This document shows positions 32,123-41,207 of a stretch of 43,626 nt of DNA, piece by piece. Within the stretch, counting starts at the first letter, position 1. The number at the start of each line of letters is the position of its first letter. Origin of the DNA: a virus; the IMG/VR virus record IMGVR_UViG_3300037430_000005, positions 1 to 43,626 of that record; one strand, 5' to 3'. A program made the translations under genes and the position numbers. The notes beneath the pieces are model-generated. The model had not been told where the DNA came from. It made no database searches and saw only the letters and a program-made list of their open reading frames with translations.

Positions 32123-32583
32123 GGCGTCGCCTCATCCCTCGTCGTTAACGCTTTCACCCACCCGGTCTCGAGCGGGACATAGCCCGCGTGCTGATAGATC
32201 GTCGCCACCCGTTCTTCGCCCGTCGGACTCACCATCTGCATCGAGGTGGCGTCCTGGGATCGGGCCCACGCTTCCGCCGCATGCAGCAGCCGGATCCCGA
32301 TCGACCCTCGGGCGTCAGGCGCGACAAACCAGAAACACTCCCCGCAACTGCGGTCCCCGGTCCACACATGCGGCGCACACAGCAAGCCAATCGCGCCCAC
32401 GACCTGCCCGTCCACGTCGCCGACGAACACGATCCCATCCGGCACCGTGATCAAGTGCGTGATCAACGCCGCCATCACGTCCGGCTGATCCGTGAAATGC
32501 GCGCCGTAGATACTCGAGGCCAGAAACGTCCCCCCCAAGGTCACGAGCGCCGGCACATCACGGAGCGTGGCGGGGCGGATCAT
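32110..32583 (-). CDS. GNAT-family N-acetyltransferase
   Basis: 157 aa. QVVGAIGLL...WFVAPDARGSIGIRLLHAAEAWARSQ...YQHAGY. Confidence 0.6.
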   Translation of the reverse strand: MIRPATLRDVPALVTLGGTFLASSIYGAHFTDQPDVMAALITHLITVPDGIVFVGDVDGQVVGAIGLLCAPHVWTGDRSCGECFWFVAPDARGSIGIRLLHAAEAWARSQDATSMQMVSPTGEERVATIYQHAGYVPLETGWVKALTTRDEATPWAI

Positions 32584-32852
32584 TTCGCGGCCACCGTCCA
32601 GGCCGTCCCGTTGTAAAAGGCGAGCACATGGAGCGCCCCGCCGCCGGTAATCGTCGCGCCCCAGACCGCCGTCATGCTATCGGTCACGGGCCGCACCATG
32701 CCTTCGGTCGGCACCGCGGGGAGTTCCGTCACGAGGATCGGCGTGACCCGCGCGTTCAGTTCGTTGACCAGTTTCGAGAACCAGAGCGCCCAGATCGGAT
32801 CGACCAACCGCGCCACGCCGATCAGCGTCGTCAACGTGGGCGCGGGATTCAC
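32580..32852 (-). CDS. Hypothetical virion-module protein
   Basis: GTG 32852 overlaps the upstream TGA as GTGA. 90 aa. Confidence 0.4.
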   Translation of the reverse strand: MNPAPTLTTLIGVARLVDPIWALWFSKLVNELNARVTPILVTELPAVPTEGMVRPVTDSMTAVWGATITGGGALHVLAFYNGTAWTVAAK

Positions 32853-34288
32853 GAGAGCCCCGGCGTCACGGTGATCTGGGCGTCCACGAGCCGCCAAGGG
32901 ACAGGGTCTGACATCACGACCCGTGGCACGAAATTCCGGTACTGCCCGAGACTCGTCCAAAACACGTGCGTGGAGAAATTCCCTTGCGCACCGGCACTGC
33001 GCCAGCGTTCAAAGCCCCACGTCACCCCGCCATCTTTCGACACTTGCAACATGCACTGCGGATCAGATCCCTGCCCCGTGGACACCCCGAGGCCCACGTC
33101 CAGCACGATCTGGAAGCGGTTCACCGTAAACCGTTTCTGCTCGAGCGCCAGGCGCGGCGGTTGCCGCACGCGGCGAATGAGCGAGCCGTCCACGTCGGTT
33201 TGCGTCGTGACGTCCATCGTGTAGATCGTGCCGGTCAAGCGATCCCCGGCAAGATTCTGATCGGGCAAGGCGACGAACCACATCGGGCGGTAGGCGTGAA
33301 AATCGCCCGTCGTGACGTTCCAATACGCCCGTTCGTGCCAGAGATTCGTCACCCCGTCATACACCCAGGTGGCATCCCCGGTGGGTAAGGTCAGCACGTA
33401 GAAAGGATGCCCGTTGCTCAGGTAACAATCGCCAATCGCATCGGCACTCGCCGTGTAGTGCTGGATCGCGTATTCCACGGCATGCGTACTGATCCGCCCG
33501 GGCACATACCCTTGCGTCCGCACCACGTTGCCGTGCCCCTGCGTGTTGTGCGCGAGCCAGATGAGCGAGGATCCCATCGCCGCACCGGAGAAGGGGGCTT
33601 GAATCCCCTCTTCCATGAACGCCTCTTGAATCGGGGCGAACGGGAACGGGCTCGTGCCGGCGTCCCACCAGACTTCCGAGGTGACTTCGCCCAGGAGATA
33701 GATCAAGCGGTTGACGACGTAGAGCGCAATCCAGGGATCCGGGGCGTTGCTGCGCTGGACCACCATCGTCGGATTCCAGACGAGCCCGTTCAGGAGATCA
33801 CTGACCCGGAGCGTCGAGGTCGCGGCGTCCAGGGCGAGAAAGCGCCCGTCGAGATACGCGCCCATCGTGCAACCACTCGCCAACACCGTCGTGAACACAT
33901 GCGAGGTCAGATCGAGGATGTAGCCTTGATCGCCGCTCGTCACGAACAACTGGCCGCCGGCATCGCCGTTACTGCAGATCGTGGCGGGGTTGGCATCGGC
34001 CACGAGCGTCCCGCGGAGCGTCGAGCTCCAGACCCCGGCGGCCGTATGGAAGACTTCATACAGCGCATAGCCGGCGACGGTGAACACGCGCCCGTGCTCA
34101 TACCACACGGCGCGGGAGGGCGCTTGCGCAAAGGTGACGCGCGCCGTAAACCCGGGACAGGGCAAGAGCACCCCGCCCTCCGTCGCGCCGCCGATGGCTT
34201 CCGGGTACAGATTGATCGTGCGTTCCCGATCGGCCAGGGTGCTCTGGTTCGGGTTGGAGGGGCCGATCCAGCCGGGATAGGCTCCCAT
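32849..34288 (-). CDS. Tail hub or packaged-DNA stabilisation protein (P22 gp10-like)
   Basis: 479 aa. N-terminal RTINLYPE...PCPGF...V.G..LYEV and C-terminal VSKDGGVTWG...VFWTSLGQYRNF parallel the P22 gp10 layout. Confidence 0.5.
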   Translation of the reverse strand: MGAYPGWIGPSNPNQSTLADRERTINLYPEAIGGATEGGVLLPCPGFTARVTFAQAPSRAVWYEHGRVFTVAGYALYEVFHTAAGVWSSTLRGTLVADANPATICSNGDAGGQLFVTSGDQGYILDLTSHVFTTVLASGCTMGAYLDGRFLALDAATSTLRVSDLLNGLVWNPTMVVQRSNAPDPWIALYVVNRLIYLLGEVTSEVWWDAGTSPFPFAPIQEAFMEEGIQAPFSGAAMGSSLIWLAHNTQGHGNVVRTQGYVPGRISTHAVEYAIQHYTASADAIGDCYLSNGHPFYVLTLPTGDATWVYDGVTNLWHERAYWNVTTGDFHAYRPMWFVALPDQNLAGDRLTGTIYTMDVTTQTDVDGSLIRRVRQPPRLALEQKRFTVNRFQIVLDVGLGVSTGQGSDPQCMLQVSKDGGVTWGFERWRSAGAQGNFSTHVFWTSLGQYRNFVPRVVMSDPVPWRLVDAQITVTPGLS

Positions 34289-34503
34289 TAGGAGGCCGCG
34301 GTGATAATGCCGCCCTTCACGGTCAGCGAGATCACGGCGGCGGGGCCAAACGTCACGAGGCCCAACGTGCCACCCGCACTGTAGCGCGTGGCATCGACGG
34401 TGCCCGTGACGGTCGTGGCGCCGGCGGCCAGGGTGCCGCCAATCGTGACGTTGCTGCCGTCACTCACGATGCCGCCGAAGACCATAAAGATCGAGGCTGC
34501 CAT
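34288..34503 (-). CDS. Small hypothetical virion-module protein
   Basis: 71 aa, G/T/A-rich. Confidence 0.4.
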   Translation of the reverse strand: MAASIFMVFGGIVSDGSNVTIGGTLAAGATTVTGTVDATRYSAGGTLGLVTFGPAAVISLTVKGGIITAAS

Positions 34504-34515
34504 GCTGTTCCCTTC

Positions 34516-34869
34516 TCAGTTCGCCCGGAGGACCGCGGAAATCGTCCCGCCGCCGCCGATCAACGTACTGATCCGCACCCGCACATAGGCGTAACAGGCG
34601 GGCGCGGGCAGATGCACCGCCACCATGGCCCCGGCGCTGAAGGTGGAGGCCGCGACGGTCGCCCCGATCGCGCTCCATGTCCCGCTATAGATCCCGGTGA
34701 GCAGGGGGTCGTAGTCCGCCTCTTCGATCGTCACGACCCCCGAGGAGGTGGTCCCGACGGAGCTCAGGAAGATCGTGATCTGGTTATAGCCGCGCACATC
34801 CACCGGCAGGCCGGTCTGCGCGGCGGATTGCGTGGTCAAGAGCGGGACGCGGATCGAGGGTCCAACCAT
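34516..34869 (-). CDS. Hypothetical virion-module protein
   Basis: 117 aa. Confidence 0.45.
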   Translation of the reverse strand: MVGPSIRVPLLTTQSAAQTGLPVDVRGYNQITIFLSSVGTTSSGVVTIEEADYDPLLTGIYSGTWSAIGATVAASTFSAGAMVAVHLPAPACYAYVRVRISTLIGGGGTISAVLRAN

Positions 34870-35612
34870 CAGAGGTTCCCCGTTTGAATGTTGTAGCCGC
34901 CGCCGCCCATGGCGAAGTCGTTCTCGAGGTCGGTCATCTGCAGATTCGCGCGCTTCAGCGTCGCGAGACTCAGCCGGGCCAGCGTCGCGAGATCCGGGCT
35001 GATGGCCACGCCCCGACTCGGCGCCAGCCGCACGGCCAGGTTGTAATCCAAGGCTTCGACGTAGCCATCCGGCAACGTGTACGACGTGCTCAGGTTCGCA
35101 AAGATCGGCAGCTGTTCCCCGCGGTAGAGCACGAGACTATGGATCGCCGTATCCGGCACGGGCCACAACACGATCTCGCCATTCGGCACCGCCGGGGTGT
35201 AGTACACCGCCGTGAAGAGGGGGCTGCTCAGATCCTTGACCCGAATGTCGGCCCACTGCTGATCGTTCAGGACGGCCCGCGGCACTTCCACTTGCGGCGC
35301 GACCCCACTCAACAGAATCCCCGCGCCTTCGAGATCATGCGGGACCGTGGCACTCACGAAATTCGTCCCCGTCACCGTCGGCCCGATCAGGTACGGATTC
35401 ACCTCACTGCCCTTGTTCGCCACCAAGGGCCAGACGGTGCGCGAGATGAGCGGGATCGTCAACGGCTGCAGCGCCCAGCTCCCGACCATGGAGTTCAAGC
35501 GGGCGAGCGCGTTGGTGGCTTCCATCCCGTCGATCGCATCGCCCAGCGCCGTCACGCCCAAGGTCTGTAAGGCCCGGGTCACGACGTCGAGCCCGGTGAC
35601 GATCTCGCTCAC
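34869..35612 (-). CDS. Head-to-tail adaptor (P22 gp4 / T7 gp11-like)
   Basis: N-terminus DVVTRALQTLGVTALGDAIDGMEATNALARLNSMVGSW and C-terminus GGGGYNIQTGNL match the gp4/gp11 pattern. Confidence 0.5.
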   Translation of the reverse strand: MSEIVTGLDVVTRALQTLGVTALGDAIDGMEATNALARLNSMVGSWALQPLTIPLISRTVWPLVANKGSEVNPYLIGPTVTGTNFVSATVPHDLEGAGILLSGVAPQVEVPRAVLNDQQWADIRVKDLSSPLFTAVYYTPAVPNGEIVLWPVPDTAIHSLVLYRGEQLPIFANLSTSYTLPDGYVEALDYNLAVRLAPSRGVAISPDLATLARLSLATLKRANLQMTDLENDFAMGGGGYNIQTGNL

Positions 35613-35764
35613 TTGCCCCGCTTCGGCTTCGGCGGATCCGGCTCAGGCGTCGTGCCCAGCCAGTGGGCCTCGTCCTCCGGTGACGCCACAAGCACGGGCA
35701 CCCCGCCGGGCGCGGTGATCCATTTCGGGTACTCTTGATACCCCGGTGGATGCGTCTCTTTCAT
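35609..35764 (-). CDS. Small protein with a QEYPKW motif (51 aa)
   Basis: ATG 35764. MKETHPPGYQEYPKWITAPGGVPVLVASPEDEAHWLG. Confidence 0.4.
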   Translation of the reverse strand: MKETHPPGYQEYPKWITAPGGVPVLVASPEDEAHWLGTTPEPDPPKPKRGK

Positions 35765-35768
35765 CGCC

Positions 35769-36053
35769 TTACGCGGCCGGGTCCGGGTTGTCGGGATCCG
35801 CGGCGATCCCTTCGAGCTTCGCCACGACCGCATCGGCCAGGACTTGCACTTCGGCGACTTCCGCCTCCGTCATCCCCGGCACGATCTTGTCTTTCAGGCG
35901 TTGAATATCCGCCGCGATGTTGTCCGTGGCGGTATCGATCTTCTTCAACGCCGCTTTGAGCTCAGCACTCGCCATGAGTAAACGCTCCCCTTGATGATGA
36001 ATCGCGGTGATCAGCGCGACCAGTTGTCGCGCGTCCCGTCCCCAGATGGGCAC
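35769..36053 (-). CDS. Small coiled-coil head-module protein
   Basis: 94 aa. Confidence 0.45.
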   Translation of the reverse strand: MPIWGRDARQLVALITAIHHQGERLLMASAELKAALKKIDTATDNIAADIQRLKDKIVPGMTEAEVAEVQVLADAVVAKLEGIAADPDNPDPAA

Positions 36054-36057
36054 GGCC

Positions 36058-36438
36058 TTACGCGACGGTGCCCAGATTCAGCGAGTAGACCGCCCAGCCG
36101 CCATTGGGCGCCGCCATCAACGTCACGTTCGACCCGATGAAGGCCGCCGCGGTCCACTTGGTTTTCGCGCCGGTGGTGCCGTCGAAGATCCCCCCCGACT
36201 GCGCGGTCACGACATGCGCCACCGCATTCCCGGCCATGAACGTGATCGTGAACCCGACCGGCACGCTCGAGGCCGGCGCCAGCGTCACGGCCGCCGCCGT
36301 GGCTTTCACGATCCAGTAGACCCCGCCGCCCGTCAGCGCCGGCTGCACGAAGGCATCCGCGATGGTCTGCACCGTGAGCGGCGGTTCCGCCTGCGGGACT
36401 TTCGGGAGAAACGCGCCCCCCATTTGGCCGATTGGCAT
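36058..36438 (-). CDS. Head-module protein, paralog of the C-terminal half of 36912..37529
   Basis: FTITFMAGNAVAHVVTAQSGGIFDG...AAAFIGSNVTLMAAPNGGWAV aligns with RITFTSTAAVAHVITTAAIFNNG...FAAFVGAGFSAVAVNGLWMI. Confidence 0.5.
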   Translation of the reverse strand: MPIGQMGGAFLPKVPQAEPPLTVQTIADAFVQPALTGGGVYWIVKATAAAVTLAPASSVPVGFTITFMAGNAVAHVVTAQSGGIFDGTTGAKTKWTAAAFIGSNVTLMAAPNGGWAVYSLNLGTVA

Positions 36439-36902
36439 TAGATCGTCTCCTTCGTCTTGCGGACGTACGGCCGGCGTTTCTTGATCGGGCGTTCGGGGAT
36501 CACCGGCACATGCGCCGGGGTACTCTCATCGACGGCCGCCGCTTCGGCCTTCGCCTGTTCGCTCATGCGGCGTTCGGCAAAAGCCCGTTCAGCGGCGGCC
36601 TGAGCGATCGCGCGGTCCTGCGCGTGGACCCGTGCGATCGCCCCTTCCTGACTCGTGGACCACCCGCGACTGAGCAGGGTGGCTTCTTCGACGTCATTCG
36701 CCGCTTGAATGAACCCGCTGATCGCGGGCCCTCCGGTGGCGGCTGTCGCCATGTACAGACACTTCGGATATTCCTGAAACGGCGGGCTCACCGGCCGGCC
36801 TTGCTGGCGCAGCATTTCGGCGGACACCAGCTCCGTCGGCCGGAGCTCCCACTTCGCTAACTCCTTGACGTAGTGACTCTCCGGGGTCCATTGCAAACCC
36901 AT
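36438..36902 (-). CDS. Hypothetical head-module protein with a QEYPK motif
   Basis: 154 aa. PPFQEYPKCLY...EEATLLSRGW. Confidence 0.45.
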   Translation of the reverse strand: MGLQWTPESHYVKELAKWELRPTELVSAEMLRQQGRPVSPPFQEYPKCLYMATAATGGPAISGFIQAANDVEEATLLSRGWSTSQEGAIARVHAQDRAIAQAAAERAFAERRMSEQAKAEAAAVDESTPAHVPVIPERPIKKRRPYVRKTKETI

Positions 36903-36911
36903 CGCGTCTCC

Positions 36912-37529
36912 TTACGTGAAGGCCGTCGCCGCCGCGATCGGCAGCGCGGTAATCATCCAGAGCCCATTGACCGCCACGGCCGAGAACCCCGCGCCGACAA
37001 AGGCCGCAAAGGTCGCCGTGCTCCAGGGGCCGCCGGTGATGCCGTTGTTGAAGATCGCCGCCGTCGTGATGACATGCGCCACCGCGGCGGTGCTCGTGAA
37101 CGTGATGCGTCGGCCATTCGCCGCCGTGGACGGGGCCGCGAGCGTGGTCGCGCTCAAGGCCGTCGCCTTCGTGACGATGTAGATCGTGTCGCGCACCGGG
37201 ACCGGAATGATCGCCGTGTTCACGCCGATCGTCAGGATGTCACTATCCCAGGCCGGCAACTGCGACACCGCCACCGCGCCGAAGACGGGGAAATCGGACG
37301 GCAGGCCCGTGATGATGTTCGTAAGCGCCTGATGCGTCGCCGCGGTGGAGCCTTCCGAGCCCCGGTTCCGCACGACCACCGAGGTCGTACTCGGGACGCT
37401 GACGACGTAACTGATCTCGGAATCGAGCCGGACAATATTGCCCGCGACAAAGCCGGTGGAGCTCGTGACGGGAATCGTGAGATCCGACAGGCCGACGGCG
37501 GCCGTGGTCGTGGTTTGTGCGATGGCCAT
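36912..37529 (-). CDS. Head-associated (decoration or fibre-like) protein
   Basis: 205 aa. The N-terminus is LTIPVTSSTGFVAGNIVRLDSEISYVVSV...VVRNRGSEGSTAATH. Confidence 0.45.
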   Translation of the reverse strand: MAIAQTTTTAAVGLSDLTIPVTSSTGFVAGNIVRLDSEISYVVSVPSTTSVVVRNRGSEGSTAATHQALTNIITGLPSDFPVFGAVAVSQLPAWDSDILTIGVNTAIIPVPVRDTIYIVTKATALSATTLAAPSTAANGRRITFTSTAAVAHVITTAAIFNNGITGGPWSTATFAAFVGAGFSAVAVNGLWMITALPIAAATAFT

Positions 37530-37542
37530 GCTTTAAACTCCT

Positions 37543-38358
37543 TCAGTGAATGTGCTTCAACGCGGTCAAGTATTTCGCGTCGCCACGCTTGATCCGACCG
37601 CGTATTTCATTGCGCGTCAGTCCGGTCGCCGTCTGCGCGTCCGTCGTGCAGGCGTAAACCACACCATCGAGTTCAATCGCCCGAGCGTTCCAATTCTTCG
37701 CACCACTACGCGCGGCGGACATCTTGGCTTTCGTTTCGGCCGAGTGGGTCTTGCCGATATTCCATTTCCCCATGCCGGGCGCAAGCATCGCCTTCGGTGG
37801 AGCCGCGTAAACGGCCAACCCCGCCCTTAACCGATTGGTCATCTGTCCACGCGAGAGGCCCGTGGCCGCCATCGCATCAAGAATCGATGGGTAGGTCACG
37901 TCGTGATACGTCACAGACCGAGCCCGCAGATTCGCACTGCCGCGGCGCTCTTGCGCGCGAGCGCACAACTTCGCGTACGCCTCAGGAGTCTGCGTGAACT
38001 TCTTCCCGAGATTCGCCTGACGAAGCTTCGCGCGTGTGACCGCCGAGACAACACGACCTTGTAATCCCGGCCCACCGGGCGTTGAGTTGTAGCCATTCGG
38101 CACGAGTGTGTTGTAGAGCGCGATCGCGTCTCGTTCCTTCTGATACGCCTCTTCTTTGGAAGCACATCGAACAACCGTCGTCGTCTCGAAGTTCTCCCAT
38201 CCGTCCTGACGAATAGCGACCGCAAGCGGCCACGTCAGGCCACGCTCAGCCATCCCGCGATGCTGGGACTGGCGTTGATAGAGCGGCTTGCTTGTCACGC
38301 CGATGTAGCTCATGCCGGTCATGCGATTCGTGATCTTGTAAACCTGAAACGGTGTCAT
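37543..38358 (-). CDS. GIY-YIG homing endonuclease (I-TevI-like modular architecture)
   Basis: VYKITNRMTGMSYIGVT..R..H. ..EEAYQKERDAIALYN. NUMOD3-like repeats GRVVSAVTRAKLRQANLGK and GKTHSAETKAKMSAARSG. Two C-terminal HTH-like repeats (ATGLSRGQMTNRLR and ATGLTRNEIRGRIKRG). Confidence 0.8.
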   Translation of the reverse strand: MTPFQVYKITNRMTGMSYIGVTSKPLYQRQSQHRGMAERGLTWPLAVAIRQDGWENFETTTVVRCASKEEAYQKERDAIALYNTLVPNGYNSTPGGPGLQGRVVSAVTRAKLRQANLGKKFTQTPEAYAKLCARAQERRGSANLRARSVTYHDVTYPSILDAMAATGLSRGQMTNRLRAGLAVYAAPPKAMLAPGMGKWNIGKTHSAETKAKMSAARSGAKNWNARAIELDGVVYACTTDAQTATGLTRNEIRGRIKRGDAKYLTALKHIH

Positions 38359-38403
38359 GCCTGAGCCCCCTTAATGGAAGCTCAAGTATAACACTACATC
38401 ACA

Positions 38404-39636
38404 TCAACTCCAAGCGCGAAGGGCAAAATACGGCAACATGGCCGCAACTCCCCCAATACTGTCAATTCTACTCGGAAGTTGATCGGTCTGAATGTTGTAC
38501 TGTTCGACGAACCGCAGCGAGAGGTTGAAATCGCCCCCGCCATTCACCCGTTTCGCAATCGCGCCCGGCAGACTCTTGGGGAGATCGACCATGACGAAGG
38601 CAAAGGCCGCGGGATTGAAGAGCAGCGATTGGCGAGAGGTCTGCGCGGCCATGGTGGCTGCGACAGTCCCGGTCGCCCCGAGCCACTGGATCGCGGCGCC
38701 GTTGCCGGGCGCGGCCGTGACCGTCTGGAGCGGCCCGGAGGTGATGATCGGCGGCGAGATCGCAAAGGTGCCCGTGGTCGTCCCGGCCAGGGGCGCCGTC
38801 AACACGAACTGCTGCAGATCCCCGGTGTCCACGTAGCTCACCGGGTTCACCGCATTGACCCCGGCGATGGTGAAGACGTCCCCCTGCACCATCGCATACG
38901 TGCCCATGCCGGAGAGGGCCAGCGTCGAGCCGGTTTGTCCACCAGAGGACGTGATGGGCGTGGCGGTCGTGAACGTGCCGGTCGTGAACGTCGGCATGTT
39001 CGGATCCCAGTACCAGCTATCCACCCCCAACGCGGGCCCGGAGAACTGGCCACTGCGGAAGTACTTGCTGATCTGGGCTTGCGGGTTGAACAGCGCGAAA
39101 TTCGCACTCAGCAACCGGCTCTGGCTCTTGGGGTCGAGCACCGCGACGAACTCTTCAGGAACACCCACGTTGCGCATCTTGGCCACGCCGTCGGTGTAAA
39201 TCTGATCGTCCGCAATCGGCGTCCCGGGTGACCCGATGCTGTAGTACACCTGCTTGAAGACTTCCGCCCCGGCCACGACGTCCCATTTGTTCGCCTGGGC
39301 CCGGCCCGCGGGTTTGGTGTAGCGGTTCTGGACTTCTTCCACGACCAGCGCATCGTCCGCGCTCGACCACCCCATCCCAATCTGGAACTGATGGTTGATG
39401 GTCATCGGGACGGTCTGGTTCAGGATGGGCTGCTCGACCAGCGCCTGGCCTTCGCTGACCACCCAGCGCTGTTGAATGCGGACTTGGACCGTGTACCCGA
39501 TCTGGGCGCCTTGGGGTTTATTCTCCCAGGTGTTGTCCCAGGTGCGATCGAACTGGCCGATCAACTTCAAGTTATTTTTGAAGTTCACGGCCACGTCTTT
39601 GGTGACCCATGAAGGCGTAATAAAAGTGTTCGCCAC
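38404..39636 (-). CDS. Major capsid protein (P22 coat-like, HK97 fold)
   Basis: 410 aa. MANTFITPSWVTKDVAVNFKNNLKLIGQFDR... and GDVFTIAGVNAVNPVS resemble P22 gp5-family coats. Follows the scaffold-like gene. Confidence 0.75.
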   Translation of the reverse strand: MANTFITPSWVTKDVAVNFKNNLKLIGQFDRTWDNTWENKPQGAQIGYTVQVRIQQRWVVSEGQALVEQPILNQTVPMTINHQFQIGMGWSSADDALVVEEVQNRYTKPAGRAQANKWDVVAGAEVFKQVYYSIGSPGTPIADDQIYTDGVAKMRNVGVPEEFVAVLDPKSQSRLLSANFALFNPQAQISKYFRSGQFSGPALGVDSWYWDPNMPTFTTGTFTTATPITSSGGQTGSTLALSGMGTYAMVQGDVFTIAGVNAVNPVSYVDTGDLQQFVLTAPLAGTTTGTFAISPPIITSGPLQTVTAAPGNGAAIQWLGATGTVAATMAAQTSRQSLLFNPAAFAFVMVDLPKSLPGAIAKRVNGGGDFNLSLRFVEQYNIQTDQLPSRIDSIGGVAAMLPYFALRAWS

Positions 39637-39663
39637 AGCGCACCCGCTTGGTGCGACCGGCGC

Positions 39664-40719
39664 TTACTTCCGCTTGTAGAAATACGATTCGTGGCTTTCC
39701 AGTGAATCGTCGTCCTCGGGCGGATCGTCGCCGATCTTCTGGGGGCCCGTCCGCACTGGATTGGGCGGTCGTGGCGCCGCGACTAAGACTGGAGGTCTGG
39801 AGGCCGATCCAGTACTGACGGCCATGCCGGACCCGTTCGCGGGGGATCGTTGCTGGGCTGCAACGGGGAGTTTTGATTCTAACACCTTCCGCACGAGATT
39901 GATAGCACTCGGATGGTTCACGCTCCGCGCTTCCTCTGCCAGGGATCGATACTCGTCCTGATGACTCGCCAGCCAGTACGCCAGATCGGCACTCCGATCA
40001 CTACTCAGGATCGCGTCGCGGAACACGTCCGGGTAGAGGATGTGATCGGCGCTCGCCAGCACCGCATCGAAGTCGGGATAGACCTTCCGGGCCTCCTGCG
40101 TTTTGGTGGCGTAGGCGGTCAGCCGTTCGTGGTGCGTCTTCTGCTGCTGCTCTTGGGCTTGTTTGGCTTCGCGCGCCGCCTCACGCTGCTCGTACTTCCA
40201 ATCGGCCAGATCTTCGCTGAAGTCGGCATACGTGGCGTACTTGTCGCCGATCTCGTCTTCGCTGGGTTTCGTGCGCGTCGGCGGGGGTGTCCAGGCGTGG
40301 GGAGGTGCCGCCGGTCGAGACGCCTCGCTCGCAACCGGCCCTTGGGGGAGAGCCGGTCCCACAGGCGCGCGATCATCCCGAGCCGGCGGCGGGGTGTGCT
40401 TGGCTTTCCATTCGTCGCGTTCCGCTTCGGCTTGGCGCAGTTTGGCGGTTAAGTCACGGATTCTTGGTACGTCTTCCGGATTGGCTTGCTGACTCCGCGC
40501 GCGATGCCGCGGCGTCTTGGCAAACCGGCCCTGATCGTCGCGCGCGGACGCATCAGGGAGCGGATCGGCGGCCACCGGTTTCTCGGGCGTCGGTTCGTGC
40601 TCATCTGGCAACTCGCCGGTACCATTAGGTCCAAAACTGGCCTCGTGGTCTTCGAGCGAGCCAGTATCGGCGTCTGATGTAGCGTTCGACGGGAGGCCGG
40701 ACAGGTCTTCGTCGGTCAT
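39664..40719 (-). CDS. Scaffolding-like protein
   Basis: 351 aa, acidic N-terminus and charged helical middle. Lies between the portal and coat genes. Confidence 0.45.
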   Translation of the reverse strand: MTDEDLSGLPSNATSDADTGSLEDHEASFGPNGTGELPDEHEPTPEKPVAADPLPDASARDDQGRFAKTPRHRARSQQANPEDVPRIRDLTAKLRQAEAERDEWKAKHTPPPARDDRAPVGPALPQGPVASEASRPAAPPHAWTPPPTRTKPSEDEIGDKYATYADFSEDLADWKYEQREAAREAKQAQEQQQKTHHERLTAYATKTQEARKVYPDFDAVLASADHILYPDVFRDAILSSDRSADLAYWLASHQDEYRSLAEEARSVNHPSAINLVRKVLESKLPVAAQQRSPANGSGMAVSTGSASRPPVLVAAPRPPNPVRTGPQKIGDDPPEDDDSLESHESYFYKRK

Positions 40720-41207
40720 ATGGCCTGCTCTTGCGTGGCGCGACGTTCCGTATACCGCGCCACCTTACACGCCCGACAATAGTTGTCGAGCCCTCCACGA
40801 TGTCCCTTACTGACCGTAAAGTGGTCAAGCGCCTTCACCAGACGGCAGCGGGAACAGATGCGATCCGTCCACGGGTTACCGCCCGCTTGTTGGACACGCC
40901 GCCGTGCATGCAGGTGCCGGTGATACGCCTGGTCCTGACAAATGACCAGCCGCGCGTGGGGATTGGGTGGATCCTCATCAGGATGATGCACCACAGCCGT
41001 ACGGGGCAATGGTTTACCGAGAACCGCCGCGGCTCGAAGGCGATGCAGTTTGCCGGCAGACGTTTCCAGGTATCCGCCAACAGTAGGAGGCGGACGACGA
41101 TGCCCGAAAACGAACCGCCGCGCCTGCCCAGCGACGACGCCCTCATCACGTTGTGTGCGCGTGACGATCGTCGTGGGTTGTCCACACCCGCACTCGCAGA
41201 GTTTCAT
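40716..41207 (-). CDS. HNH homing endonuclease
   Basis: ATG 41207 overlaps the upstream TGA as ATGA. CECGCG...FVFGH, HRL..AAVLGKPLP..AVVHHPDEDP.N, H..LH, and C-terminal CSRC...CRAC. Confidence 0.6.
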   Translation of the reverse strand: MKLCECGCGQPTTIVTRTQRDEGVVAGQARRFVFGHRRPPPTVGGYLETSAGKLHRLRAAAVLGKPLPRTAVVHHPDEDPPNPHARLVICQDQAYHRHLHARRRVQQAGGNPWTDRICSRCRLVKALDHFTVSKGHRGGLDNYCRACKVARYTERRATQEQAI

